A stretch of DNA of 53,298 nucleotides, taken from the NCBI GenBank assembly GCA_964360585.1, contig CAYHXC010000001.1, positions 87,907 to 141,204 on the forward strand. Reading direction: 5' to 3'. Below the pieces are notes generated by a model. The model saw only the letters and a list, made by a program, of their open reading frames with translations, was not told where the DNA came from and made no database searches. Every line of letters starts with the position of its first letter. Position 1 is the first letter of the stretch. This DNA is from an uncultured Candidatus Saccharibacteria bacterium (GTDB lineage Bacteria; Patescibacteriota; Minisyncoccia; UBA6257; 2-01-FULL-56-20). Shown here one piece after another: positions 8,873-19,500 of the stretch. Made by a program: the position numbers and the translations under genes.

Positions 8873-9387
8873 AGTAGGATTTCTACGATTGCCGAAGCTA
8901 GAAGAAGTAAAACAAAAGTGAGGGTAATGCCTTGGTATGGCAATAACTTTCCTCTCGCTTTTGTAATGAGGCGACTGATCGGTGGTACAACAAGAATAAT
9001 ACTGGCTCCGATAACTACTCCAACCAAGTAAAGATCAATAGTGTAAGTGTTATGAAATAACGTCCCATAGTCCCCCCACCAACTTATATAGAACGGATCG
9101 TAGTCTCGGATAAGCGGCATAATGGGAATGACTGTACCGAGGAAAACGAGAATGGGAATGATAGAATATTGCCACGGAATGTACTGTTTCTTCGGTAACC
9201 CTCCGAGCCACAGTCCCAAGGCTAGAGCAAATGCTCCAATCATGATTCCGACGACCACGGAAGAAATTCCTAAGGACACCGCAAGGACAGCAAGGACTCC
9301 TGCCCCAGCCGTACACAAAGGACAGTGGGCTAAGGCAAGCTGCGGGAAAAATAGAAATGGCGCAGGTAGCCAAAGAAATTTCTTCAT
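8869..9387 (-). CDS. Uncharacterised membrane protein with N-terminal HCPLC motif
   Basis: Signal-like MKKF...ALA followed by HCPLCT and TM helices; tightly packed in the operon. Confidence 0.78.
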   Translation of the reverse strand: MKKFLWLPAPFLFFPQLALAHCPLCTAGAGVLAVLAVSLGISSVVVGIMIGAFALALGLWLGGLPKKQYIPWQYSIIPILVFLGTVIPIMPLIRDYDPFYISWWGDYGTLFHNTYTIDLYLVGVVIGASIILVVPPISRLITKARGKLLPYQGITLTFVLLLLASAIVEILL

Positions 9388-9390
9388 AGG

Positions 9391-9879
9391 TCAATACTTC
9401 ATAAATTCACTGACCGAACCGTCCTTTCCTAAAGCGAAAATAGTCCAAGGTTCCGTTTTTGGTCCAGGCATCCCTGGCGAACCAGAAGGCATGCCAGGAA
9501 GCGCAATGCCCTTAATATCCGGTTTTTCGGAGATCAATTTACTTATCACCGCGAGCGGGATATGGCCCTCAACAACATACCCGTTGATGATTGAGGTGTG
9601 ACAGCTTTGTAGATTTGCCGGGATGCCATACTGGTTTTTGATTGGAGCGAGGTCGGGAACATCATTCGTTTCGACAACGAGACCCTCATGCTCTAAGTAT
9701 TGAGCATACACATGACAACAGCCGCAGGTAGGGGTTTTATAAACTGTGGCTTGAAGCGCCAATCCCATACTGGTCTTTGCAGTATCTGGTTTATTAGTGA
9801 AGTTGCCAAGAACAACCAAACCACCGATAAAAATGATCCCTCCCAGAAGCAGAATCCAATGTGTAGAGTATTTTTTCAT
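9391..9879 (-). CDS. DUF411 (CopG-like) metal-binding protein
   Basis: YKTPTCGCC, SCHT, VEGHIP and LPGMPSGSPGM motifs; start refined to MKKYST. Confidence 0.9.
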   Translation of the reverse strand: MKKYSTHWILLLGGIIFIGGLVVLGNFTNKPDTAKTSMGLALQATVYKTPTCGCCHVYAQYLEHEGLVVETNDVPDLAPIKNQYGIPANLQSCHTSIINGYVVEGHIPLAVISKLISEKPDIKGIALPGMPSGSPGMPGPKTEPWTIFALGKDGSVSEFMKY

Positions 9880-9886
9880 TGGCCCG

Positions 9887-10489
9887 TTATTTTGACCAAG
9901 TTGCATACCAACTCCGCATCATATCGATTTCCCCGGATTGTGAGATGATAATCTGATCCGCCAATTCTTTCATTTCTTTTCGATTACTAGTTGCCGCTAA
10001 CATCCGCGCCATCATAATTGCCATCTCGTGATGAGGAATCATCTGATTGATAAACTCAAGATCAAAATCTTTGGCATTTTCTAATGTCGTGGAATTTCCC
10101 ACAAAACCCGTCATCGGCATCATCATGCCGCCGTGTCCCATCATGGACGATGAGTAATTTGGCACATCGCTACCAAACCAGTCTTCGTACCAACTCTTCA
10201 TGTTATTAATTTCTCTGGTTTGGGCTTCGATAATCCCATTAGCCAGAGAAAGAATCTCTGGTCGTTTTGATTTTTCCAAAGCCAGTTTGGCCATAGTAAT
10301 TGCGCCCTCATGATGCGGAATCATCTGCTCGATAAAATGCTGATCGATATTTCCCATCATCGAAGTGTTTGATCCCCGATAGAAACCACTCATCATTCCA
10401 CCCATCCCCCAGCCGCCGAAGAACATAGGGGCGATGAGCACGCCAAGAAGAATCCCTCCTAATCCAAAAATAATGTTTTCTTTCCCCAT
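9887..10489 (-). CDS. DUF305 (CopM-like) His/Met-rich metal-binding protein
   Basis: Two F...MIPHH.GA/MAI.MA...I...Q..EI..M..W repeats; N-terminal TM segment. Confidence 0.9.
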   Translation of the reverse strand: MGKENIIFGLGGILLGVLIAPMFFGGWGMGGMMSGFYRGSNTSMMGNIDQHFIEQMIPHHEGAITMAKLALEKSKRPEILSLANGIIEAQTREINNMKSWYEDWFGSDVPNYSSSMMGHGGMMMPMTGFVGNSTTLENAKDFDLEFINQMIPHHEMAIMMARMLAATSNRKEMKELADQIIISQSGEIDMMRSWYATWSK

Positions 10490-10506
10490 GTTTTTGTTGA
10501 TTATTT

Positions 10507-12516
10507 TTACAAAGTTTTTTGCCGTAAAAGTACTGCATTCAAGGCCACAATTATTGTCGAAAGCGACATCAAAGCTGCTGCTAATGCTGGTTCAAGAAAT
10601 ACTCCCCACGAGGCAAGCACGCCCGCTGCTAAAGGAATCGCTATCACGTTATACCCGGTAGCCCAAAAAAGATTTTGGACCATTTTCTGATAGGTCAGTT
10701 TGGAAAGCCGCACAATCTTCACAATATCTCGCGGATCATTCTTGACAAGAATAATCCCGGCCGACTCAATCGCTACATTTGTTCCGGCGCCCACTGCCAC
10801 TCCCAAGTCTGCTTGCGTGAGGGCCGGCGCATCGTTGATTCCATCTCCCACCATGGCGACCTTTCTGCCTTGCCCTTGAAGCAGTTTCACTTTTTCCGAT
10901 TTATCTTTCGGCATCACTCGCGCGAAGTAATCATCCAGGTCAAGCTCTTTGGCTACCCACTGCGCCACATCTTCGGCATCTCCTGTTATCATCATCACCT
11001 TCATTCCGAGATTTTTGAGACTCCGAACTGCTTCTCGGGATTCTTCGCGAATAACATCAGCGAGCGCAATAGCGCCAATCAGCGTGTTGTTTCGCATGAC
11101 GTACACAGTCGTCTTTCCTTCCGAGGAAAGCGCGGAGGCAATTTTTTTAAACTCCCCCTTAATTTCAATCTTTCTATCCGAGAGCAGCGACTCACTGCCA
11201 ACTACCACTTCATCGCCATCAATTTTGGCTGACGAACCTTGCCCGGCTAGACGAGTAAATTCCTGAATGTTTGGCAAGGTAATATTTTTCTTTCTGGCTT
11301 CTTGTACAATTGCTCTAGCTATTGGGTGTTCAGACTGGCTATCCACCGCAGCGGCCAACAGAAGAACTTCGTTTTCCGTTTTCTCCTCCGCGGGGATAAC
11401 CTTCGAAACTCCGAACTCTCCCTTGGTCAGCGTCCCGGTTTTATCAAACAAGACGATGTCGATAGCGCGGGCGGCTTCTAAAGCTAGGCGTTGCTTCACC
11501 AAGAATCCATTCTGGGCCGCTTTCGTGGTCGAGATAGAAGCCACAAGAGGAATCGCTAGACCTAACGCGTGGGGACAGGCAATCACGAGAACGGCTACCA
11601 TCCGTTCGACAGCAAAAGAAGGATCGGCCAAGAAGATCCAGGCAATCAGAGTTCCGAAACCCGCCACGATGGCAATGACGGTGAGATAGTACGCCGCTCT
11701 GTCAGAAAGAATTTGGAGACGCGACTTCGAAGCCTGGGCCTCGGCGACAAGACGCATCACTCCCGCGAGGAAGGTGTGCTCCCCCACTTTGTCGATGGTA
11801 ATGGTTAATGACCCGTCGCCGTTTATAGTGCCCGCGATAACGACATCTCCTTTGTGTTTAGAGACGGGCTTCGATTCTCCCGTAGCAATTGCTTCATCAA
11901 CTTCAGAGTCGCCTTCTGTTATTACTCCATCAGCAGGAATCTTACTTCCTGGTCGTACCAAAACGAGATCTCCTTCCTGTAATTCCTCAAGGGGAATGAC
12001 CACCGTCTTTGCATCGCCAGCCTCGCCGAGTCTAGGCGGGCGGATAACTTCTGCTTGATCAGGCAATAGCTTGGAGAGTTCCTTTAAAGCGCCTTGCGCG
12101 CCAGAAACAGCCCGCATCTCGATCCAGTGCCCGAGAAGCATAATCGTAATCAACGTTGCGAGCTCCCAAAAAAGTGTATGCGGCTCACCTCTCAAGAAAA
12201 CATAAAGGCTGTACACATAAGCAACCGAGATGGCCAGCGAGATCAACGTCATCATCCCGGGCAACTTCGCGTTTATTTCTTTACGAGCGCTTTCGATGAA
12301 TATCCAACCTCCGTAAAAGAAAATGATCGAGGAAAGTATGGGTACGAGAAATTGCCAACCGGGAAATTGAGGCGGCTGCCAATTGAAGAGTATTTGGACG
12401 ATATCCGAATAAAGAACTATTGGGATCGTCAAAACCAGAGATACAAAAAACTTTTTCTTAAAGGCCTCAATATGATGGCCGGCATGCTTATTGAAATTAT
12501 GAAGATTATGTTGCAT
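10507..12516 (-). CDS. copB: Copper-exporting P1B-3-type ATPase
   Basis: CPH intramembrane motif, DKTGT, TGES, GDGINDAPAL, YN and MSxS motifs; short His-rich N-terminus. Confidence 0.92.
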   Translation of the reverse strand: MQHNLHNFNKHAGHHIEAFKKKFFVSLVLTIPIVLYSDIVQILFNWQPPQFPGWQFLVPILSSIIFFYGGWIFIESARKEINAKLPGMMTLISLAISVAYVYSLYVFLRGEPHTLFWELATLITIMLLGHWIEMRAVSGAQGALKELSKLLPDQAEVIRPPRLGEAGDAKTVVIPLEELQEGDLVLVRPGSKIPADGVITEGDSEVDEAIATGESKPVSKHKGDVVIAGTINGDGSLTITIDKVGEHTFLAGVMRLVAEAQASKSRLQILSDRAAYYLTVIAIVAGFGTLIAWIFLADPSFAVERMVAVLVIACPHALGLAIPLVASISTTKAAQNGFLVKQRLALEAARAIDIVLFDKTGTLTKGEFGVSKVIPAEEKTENEVLLLAAAVDSQSEHPIARAIVQEARKKNITLPNIQEFTRLAGQGSSAKIDGDEVVVGSESLLSDRKIEIKGEFKKIASALSSEGKTTVYVMRNNTLIGAIALADVIREESREAVRSLKNLGMKVMMITGDAEDVAQWVAKELDLDDYFARVMPKDKSEKVKLLQGQGRKVAMVGDGINDAPALTQADLGVAVGAGTNVAIESAGIILVKNDPRDIVKIVRLSKLTYQKMVQNLFWATGYNVIAIPLAAGVLASWGVFLEPALAAALMSLSTIIVALNAVLLRQKTL

Positions 12517-12528
12517 AGAACCCAAAGA

Positions 12529-12798
12529 TTATTTTTTCTTTGACCGTTTATATACTTTCATAATTTCCTTCATGGCCTGATCCTCTTTCCCACTCTTCAT
12601 CTGCTCCACCACATGCGTAGTCAGGTGATTTTCTAAAAGGAGATCCTCAACACTCGATAAGGCCTCTTTAATAGCCGATGACTGGGTAATAATATCAATA
12701 CAGTATTTTTCCTCATCAACCATCCGCTCTAAACCTCGCACCTGTCCCTCAATGCGGTGCAACCGAGAAGCCAGCTTGTTTTTTACATCCTTTCTCAT
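12529..12798 (-). CDS. csoR: CsoR/RcnR-family metal-sensing repressor
   Basis: RLHRIEGQVRGL..M.....YCIDI..Q..A...AL...LLENH; heads the copper operon. Confidence 0.93.
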   Translation of the reverse strand: MRKDVKNKLASRLHRIEGQVRGLERMVDEEKYCIDIITQSSAIKEALSSVEDLLLENHLTTHVVEQMKSGKEDQAMKEIMKVYKRSKKK

Positions 12799-12804
12799 GT
12801 GTTC

Positions 12805-12832
12805 ACTATACCCCCCGTGGGTATAATGTCAA
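12805..12832 (-). promoter_or_regulatory. csoR promoter (TTGACA-16-TATAGT) overlapping a CsoR operator, TATACCCCCCGTGGGTATA (12807-12825)
   Basis: Inverted repeat with central C/G tracts typical of CsoR operators; the -10 box lies 6 nt before the ATG (leaderless). Confidence 0.85.
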
Positions 12833-12890
12833 GGTCATCGAGGAGGCGGTACGATTTGTCAGTACTTTGAGACAACGGTATCTTTAGTCC

Positions 12891-13166
12891 ATGCTCCTCC
12901 CCTCTTTTAAGGTCTACGTGGCCGATTCGAAGATAGAAAACGGCAAGCGCGGTGTTTTTTCACTCGAGGAAATCGAGAAAGGTGAAATTATCGAACGCTG
13001 TCCGATTATTGAAATTGATGGAAAAGAAATCTGGCTCGGCTTTGGATTACTGTATCAACACTCCGATCAAGCTAATGCAACGTATGAAAATTTTCCCAAG
13101 GATAACCTCATCAAGTTCGTAGCCACTAAAAATATCGGCAAGAACGAAGAAATTACCGTGAAATAG
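12891..13166 (+). CDS. Minimal SET-domain-like protein (possibly degenerate)
   Basis: RGVF....I.KGEII and LYQHS..AN...A.K.I...EEITVK; ends before the usual DY. Confidence 0.7.
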   Translation: MLLPSFKVYVADSKIENGKRGVFSLEEIEKGEIIERCPIIEIDGKEIWLGFGLLYQHSDQANATYENFPKDNLIKFVATKNIGKNEEITVK

Positions 13167-13228
13167 TGAGCAAGGTGCTACAATAAGGTAAAGGTTACAT
13201 TTTTATTAATTTATTCATTATTACCGCC

Positions 13229-13612
13229 ATGGATATAACCATACAGCTCGCAGGGATTTGGGGGCCGGTTCTTTTAGCAGTTGGGATCGGTTTTTTTGTC
13301 AGCACTAAGTATTACGCAAAAATTTATCGGGATCTCGAGAAAGAATCATTAGCTGTCTTGATTTTTGGCGTAGCTGGCATGTCCGCCGGAATTGCTCATG
13401 TCAGTATTCATAATGTTTGGGAAACGGCACCCCAAATCGTAATCAGTCTTCTCGGCTGGGGCCTTCTCGTCAAAAGCACGATATTCACCGTAGCTCCTGG
13501 TTTGGTTGATATGGGAGGAGATTGGGCAATTCACTCCAAGCTCATTCCGACTGTCGGCGGAGCACTGATCATTTTAGGCGCCTATCTTTCCTGGATCGGG
13601 TATTTTGCGTAG
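13229..13612 (+). CDS. Hypothetical four-TM membrane protein
   Basis: Hydrophobic 127-aa ORF with HVSIHNVW and LGWGLLVK. Confidence 0.75.
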   Translation: MDITIQLAGIWGPVLLAVGIGFFVSTKYYAKIYRDLEKESLAVLIFGVAGMSAGIAHVSIHNVWETAPQIVISLLGWGLLVKSTIFTVAPGLVDMGGDWAIHSKLIPTVGGALIILGAYLSWIGYFA

Positions 13613-13641
13613 AACTGAAAATATAAAAAAGACACTGCAGG

Positions 13642-14061
13642 TCATGCGGTGTCTAAAATTTCCTGTCCCTTCTCGTCGAGTAACCGATAAATATACGAGT
13701 CGTTGTCATCCGGATCGTATGCCGTCGTGCAACCAGCCACCAACACTGTTCCCGGGGCGAAACAGTTGGCATGAGCGATGTACGGCGGAACAACGATACG
13801 AAAACCTTGTCCCAGATCCCTGAACACCTCTCGCTCCCCTGTTCGTATGTCTTTGAGCACGAGGACTGTCATGCACCCCGTAACCACAAAGAAATATTCT
13901 GTAAGTCGGAGATGGAAGTGATTACCACCTGACGTCTCTGACGGATAGAACTCGAAGGCTTGGAGTCGTTCGAGATGAATACCGTTCACCGGCTCCCAAA
14001 TTAATCGCCTCTTGTTCCGACTGGTTGGCTCGATTCGCGTCACCAACTCGCGTAATCTCAT
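13642..14061 (-). CDS. Cupin-fold protein, WxcM/FdtA/CapF-C-terminal-like (nucleotide-sugar isomerase family)
   Basis: GGNHFH...EYFFV..G, VPPYIAH and YDPDDND motifs; start refined to MRLREL after an AGAGGAG SD. Confidence 0.7.
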   Translation of the reverse strand: MRLRELVTRIEPTSRNKRRLIWEPVNGIHLERLQAFEFYPSETSGGNHFHLRLTEYFFVVTGCMTVLVLKDIRTGEREVFRDLGQGFRIVVPPYIAHANCFAPGTVLVAGCTTAYDPDDNDSYIYRLLDEKGQEILDTA

Positions 14062-14154
14062 AAGATCTCCTCTCGTTGCTGGCCACACTATACAATGTTT
14101 CTCCGAAAACGCAAGGCTCCGAATAATCCTATAGGTAGGTGATACAATGAGGAA

Positions 14155-14400
14155 ATGGAATACTTTGTCTATATCCTCGAATGCGCTGACGGTAGTCTTT
14201 ACACCGGCATTACCACGGATTTGAAAAGACGGTTCGCTGAACACAAAAATAAAAAAGGTGGTGGGTATACCCAGGCACATCCGGTCAGAAAAATTGTGTA
14301 CTCAGAAAAACTTACGAATCGGAGTGTCGCCTTAAAACGCGAGGCCGAGATCAAACGCATGAATCGAAAAGAAAAACTCTCCTTGATCAAGGCTGTTTAA
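14155..14400 (+). CDS. GIY-YIG nuclease family protein (UPF0213/YhbQ-like)
   Basis: YFVYILECADGSLYTGITTDL.RR..EH and ALKRE..IK motifs. Confidence 0.92.
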   Translation: MEYFVYILECADGSLYTGITTDLKRRFAEHKNKKGGGYTQAHPVRKIVYSEKLTNRSVALKREAEIKRMNRKEKLSLIKAV

Positions 14401-14428
14401 TAACCAGTTTTTTATTTACTATAACTGT

Positions 14429-16558
14429 GTGGCGAAAACCATTATCCGTAAGCTCAAACCCTTCTTCTCGCGAGAGAAGATAAAAGATACTCTCCTTCTT
14501 CTTGGGGGAGCTCTTTTCCTTATCCTCGGCATTCTCTATGGCCTGAACGCGCATCTCCACAATCTCTATCTCCAGCAGTTATCTATTCCCATCCTTGACC
14601 GGAATGGACAAGAAATTGAACTGCGTCCAAATATCAAAAAATACTATACGCGAACCATTGAAGAAGTTCCTCAAAATCTTAAACATCTCCTCCTTCAAAA
14701 AGAGGATCGCTATTTCTTTTTTCATTTAGGCATAAATCCTGTGAGTATCGTTCGGGACATGCTTTCTTATTTCCAGCGCGGCCGACTCGGAGGGTCGAGC
14801 ACAATCTCGCAGCAATTAGTAAAAAATCTACTCTCTCAAGAAAATGAGCGGACGGTTTTTAATAAGTTGATAGAAACTGGGTACACACTTGGTCTCGAGA
14901 TTTTTACACCGAAGGATCAGGTCCTTACGATGTACGCGAATACTGCCTATCTCGGGAGGCAGGCGCAGGGCTTTGGCGAAGCCAGTAACTATTATTTTGG
15001 GGTGATTCCTGAAGCGCTGACTAATCGCCAAACACTTTCTCTTCTTGCCACTCTCAATAATCCTTCGGAGCGATACCCGGGGACTTCTCGAAATAGTGCA
15101 GCTACGGAACTTTTGGCAAAAAATCTCGGCGTAACACTAGAAACAAGTACTCCCGCACTGTCCTCTGGATATCAATCGAGAAAAAGCGATGCATCGTTTG
15201 AACTTCAGGGGCTTGATATCAAGTGTTTAGAATCATGCAGTCTGACACTCGACCAAGAGCTAACAGAAAACATTCGGGAAATTCTGAAAAGGCATCTATC
15301 ATCACAAGCGCTCGACTCGGTAGAAAATGGAGCAATCGTAGTTTTAAGAACTTCTCCTAAAGAAGATCGGAATGAGCTTCTGGCAATTGTTGGCTCTCCT
15401 AATCCAGAATCACGTACACTCGGCCAGCAGATTAACCTGGCACTTCGACCGCGGCCAATCGGATCTACGATTAAGCCATTTATTTACACCAAAGCATTTG
15501 AGAAAGGACTCCGGCCTTACACGCTCGTTGATGATCGTGAGTATCGCTACACCATTGGCACCGGTTATTCTTTCTATCCAAAAAATTTCGACGGCCAGTA
15601 CCGCGGCCTCGTTACCCTGCATCAAGCACTTTCTAATAGCTTGAACGTCCCGACGGTAAAAGTCCTGGAGCATCTCGGCATTCGAAACTTCAATCAGTTC
15701 CTCGAAAACGATCTCGCCTTCCGCTCACGTCAACCGCTTGAAAATTACGAACTCAGCATCGCCTTGGGTGGTTTAGAGATGGACCTCCTCACCCTCACGA
15801 ACTATTTTTCTGTCTTTCCTAATAATGGTGTTCTGAAGCCGTTGATGATTGGTAAAGAAAATGTCAGAAACCCACTGATTACGCTCCCCATGGCCCAAAA
15901 CGTAGAATCACCTAAGAAGATATTCGACTCCCGCTACGTGGAACTCACCAACACTATCCTGAATGATCGAAAAACAGGTGTAAATCAATTCGGCCTCAAA
16001 AGTAATCTGAATCTGAGCGAGGATAATTACGGCGTGAAAACAGGAACCAGTTATGATTTTCACGACAGCTGGACAGTTGGCTTCACGCCAGACTTTGTAG
16101 TTGGTGTTTGGCTCGGAAATAGCGACAACACGCCTATTCGCCAAGTCACAGGACAAGCTGGCGCTGGAACAATCTGGCATGACGTCATGGAGGTCTTACT
16201 CAACTCTCCGTACAACCTCCACACGTCTCTTTCAAAAAACGAAATTCAAACTTTTTCGGAATCAACTACCCTTGAGTACGGCTTACCCGGGGATGACTAT
16301 CGAACAATTCGAGAAGGGCTTACGGGAGAAAAACTTATCCTTGAACCTCACCAGGAAGATGTCTATTTGTATGAATCAAGAATGACTATCCCCTTCAAAT
16401 CACAGACGCGAGTAACTTGGTTTATAAATAATCTGCCCGTAGCGAAAAACACAACCGAGTTCGAATGGCATCCCACCAAATCTGGAATATATACGATTGA
16501 GGCAAAAACAGCTGATACAACGGAACGTATTCGAGTAACACTGAAGGAAGAAGAATAA
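14429..16558 (+). CDS. pbpC: Penicillin-binding protein 1C (transglycosylase + transpeptidase)
   Basis: EDRYF..H.G and GSSTISQQLVKN (GT51); STIK, SLN and KTG (transpeptidase); C-terminal Ig-like domain; adjacent to alpha-2-macroglobulin. Confidence 0.88.
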   Translation: MAKTIIRKLKPFFSREKIKDTLLLLGGALFLILGILYGLNAHLHNLYLQQLSIPILDRNGQEIELRPNIKKYYTRTIEEVPQNLKHLLLQKEDRYFFFHLGINPVSIVRDMLSYFQRGRLGGSSTISQQLVKNLLSQENERTVFNKLIETGYTLGLEIFTPKDQVLTMYANTAYLGRQAQGFGEASNYYFGVIPEALTNRQTLSLLATLNNPSERYPGTSRNSAATELLAKNLGVTLETSTPALSSGYQSRKSDASFELQGLDIKCLESCSLTLDQELTENIREILKRHLSSQALDSVENGAIVVLRTSPKEDRNELLAIVGSPNPESRTLGQQINLALRPRPIGSTIKPFIYTKAFEKGLRPYTLVDDREYRYTIGTGYSFYPKNFDGQYRGLVTLHQALSNSLNVPTVKVLEHLGIRNFNQFLENDLAFRSRQPLENYELSIALGGLEMDLLTLTNYFSVFPNNGVLKPLMIGKENVRNPLITLPMAQNVESPKKIFDSRYVELTNTILNDRKTGVNQFGLKSNLNLSEDNYGVKTGTSYDFHDSWTVGFTPDFVVGVWLGNSDNTPIRQVTGQAGAGTIWHDVMEVLLNSPYNLHTSLSKNEIQTFSESTTLEYGLPGDDYRTIREGLTGEKLILEPHQEDVYLYESRMTIPFKSQTRVTWFINNLPVAKNTTEFEWHPTKSGIYTIEAKTADTTERIRVTLKEEE

Positions 16559-19500
16559 CTACTCCTTTACTTCAAAAGAATCTCCAGCTGTTCTACCAAA
16601 GTTCTCCGGGAAATACAGCTCGCTCACCGTCGCTGGCAAGTGACCATACGATCCGGGTATAAGCGCTCGGACAAAGTAATCATACTCATACACTCCAGGC
16701 TGTAGCCGTTGTTTGAAAAGAAGTAGACGATCGTCGTGTGATTCTTCGTGATCAGGATAGAACATCCTCGTTTGACGCCCCGTGCCATAGAGTAAAACAT
16801 CATCAGGAGAAGTGTCGCCAATACCGAGCGTCGCATCTCCCGCCTGCCCCCAAAGTCCTTTTACCCAACCGATTGCATCACTAACGCTCGCTATACTTAG
16901 TGATGATCGGGATCCAAAAAATTCTGACGGGTATTCTTGGTTATCAAGTTTTCGTAAGCTTTGATCCTCTATGGCCAGTTTCAAATTGACCAGCTCCATG
17001 CCAGCCGGAATAAAGTCTTCTATGGTCACAAAATTTCTAGCTTCGGGAACGGTAATCGTGAGACGCCCACGCAAGACTTCTCCGGGCTTTGCCTCTTTGA
17101 GAGGATGCTCTAGATTCCCATCTTTCGCGTCATAGAAAGAACGCGCTATAGAGAATCCTTCATCTCGCGGAGGCAGCGCGTCAACCGGCAAGAAATACTT
17201 CAAGGAGAGGTCGTAATACAAGCCATTCGGTAGATTATTTTTATTATCTTTCTTGAGACTGATGGTGTGTAATTGATTCTGAGAAATTTCTTCAGTCGGA
17301 ATAAAGTGATTCAAAGTTCCGAAAATGTTTTTCGAACCGAATGAAAAATTATCAAGCTCTTTGTCGTCGAACAGCAGTGAAACATCAAACTCAGATTCGG
17401 TCTCACGCTTCCAACTGAGAAGTTCGGAGAAGGCATCGACAACCGCAAGCGTGTTGTTCGTAGAAGCCCAGGCGCCATCCTTATCACGACTTCTTAAGAG
17501 CCAGCGGACTGTCTTGTCTAAAATGGGACCATCTCTCCTTGTCGCAGCAGAGGCTTTTAAGAAAAGGGCAGTGTCCTTAATCGGTGTTTGATAATAGGCA
17601 AAAAGACGATTGCTTGTTCCTTGCTTCACGTGAGCCCCTCGGGAATCAATATCGATCCGGCCATCAAGAATCTGGAAGATCGAATTCTTCGTGGTTTCCG
17701 AATATCCTTTTTGATGCAAGTAGAGTGCGATATGGGAAAGACTAATGTTCGATATCTTCTCCTGAAGATAGGCTTGGTCGTTTAAAATTCCTTGCATCTT
17801 TGTCGTTATCACTGCACTTTCTGCGGCATTGGGTATTCGTGATAACGTGTATGCCGAAAGTATGATCAGATCTCGATCGTTGAGATATTCTCGACGAGAA
17901 GAAATCTCTCGATTCATATAGAGCGCGGCGTTATTGATGACTCTATCCTCAACTTCGTAGCCAGCTTCCTTCAGGTCAAGCAAGGCATTCAACACATGCA
18001 TGGTGAGATAATACTCTGGCTGAAGATTTTTATAGTACGAAAAGCCTCCGGAGTAGGTCTGATTTTCATAGATCCGCGCTAATCCCCGTTTCACCGCTTC
18101 ATCCACGGTGTACTCCACGCCATCCAATGTCACTTTGCCGATTTTCCAAGTTTCGCCAACGTTTTTAATATTGAGACCGCGTTCAACAATAGCAATTGCG
18201 CTCAACTTACTTGCCAACTGTTCACTACACCCATAGGGGTAAGTGAAAAGGTAGGAAAGGGCATCGGACACAAAATTTGCCAAGGTAGCATTCATATTCA
18301 CCTCCAACCCACCACGATTTGGAACAACTACGTCCGGAAGAAAAACATACTCTTTCGTTATGGCGTTGGTCGTATATCCGGCCGTGGCCACTGCTTCGAA
18401 TGTGTTGTTGCGCGTAATGGGAATTCTCATCTCGACAACATCTTCGTAAAGATTATTTTTTGCAGATAGGGTGAAAAGATGATTTCCCTTCTCAACTCTC
18501 TCCGGTGCCTGCACCTTGAAGTAAACAGTTTCAGATGTACCTGGTTTCAAGGTAATTGATTTCGTGCCGCTGTCTTTTTTCTCAAGAGCCGGACTGTCGA
18601 GGGTTACTGAGAAAGTCTGCGTCTCAGACGTTTGATTAAATATATTTCCACCAAGACTAAAAGTATCCCCAGGAACAATAAACCGGGGCGCGAGAGGGAC
18701 AGCCATTACTTCTTTTCGGGCAGTGAACTCTTTGTAGTCAACGCCAACTTTCGTATCTTTTGTTATTCCTACAGATTCGATCTGCCAGGAGGTGAGGTTA
18801 TCCGGTAACGTAAAGGATAGCGTCGCTACTCCTGCTTCATTCGTTCGAACAGTGCCGTCCCAAAGTGCTGTCTCACGAAACTCACCACGCTTCTTCTTCG
18901 CCAACTCTTCCGGTGATTCTCCACCGCCGCCCTTCGTGCCGGCTGGAATCTCCGCCTCAAAGAGAACATTTTTTACATTAGAGGCAGTCACAACTGAAAG
19001 CGGAAAGCCGTCGTAGAAAAATACCAGCGGATTCTTTTTAATATTCCCTTTCAATGCCAGAACACTCATATCAACCACCGCTAACGATAATTCGGCAGGC
19101 ACCCCCTTACCACCCACATCTTTTGTTTCAATTGTGAGATTTACTTTTTCTCCAGGCAAGTACTCCTTTTTATCTGACTTAACATTTATCGAAAGCGCAA
19201 CGTCTTTCGTATTTACCTGGTACTCGATCTGCCCATATTTGATCTCTGGACCGTTCGAGAGTAACAATACCGAAGCATAAATATTTGGCACATACGGCGA
19301 CCGAACATCAAACTGGTACTGCCCCAAACCCCCATTCACGTCGATGATGCGATAGTCGAAAATCTGTCCGCGCTCGATTGTAATCAGAGCTTTGGCAACC
19401 TGGAATGGCGATTTAATTACAAAAGAAGTTTTCTCTCCAACATCAACTTTGGATTTATCCGTAACCAGTTCAAGTGTGGCATTGTTTGTTGGCCGCACCT

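Noticed and set aside
14062-14280. N-terminal extension of the 212-aa cupin ORF
   Set aside because: It is antisense to the GIY-YIG gene; the SD-supported start is at 14061.
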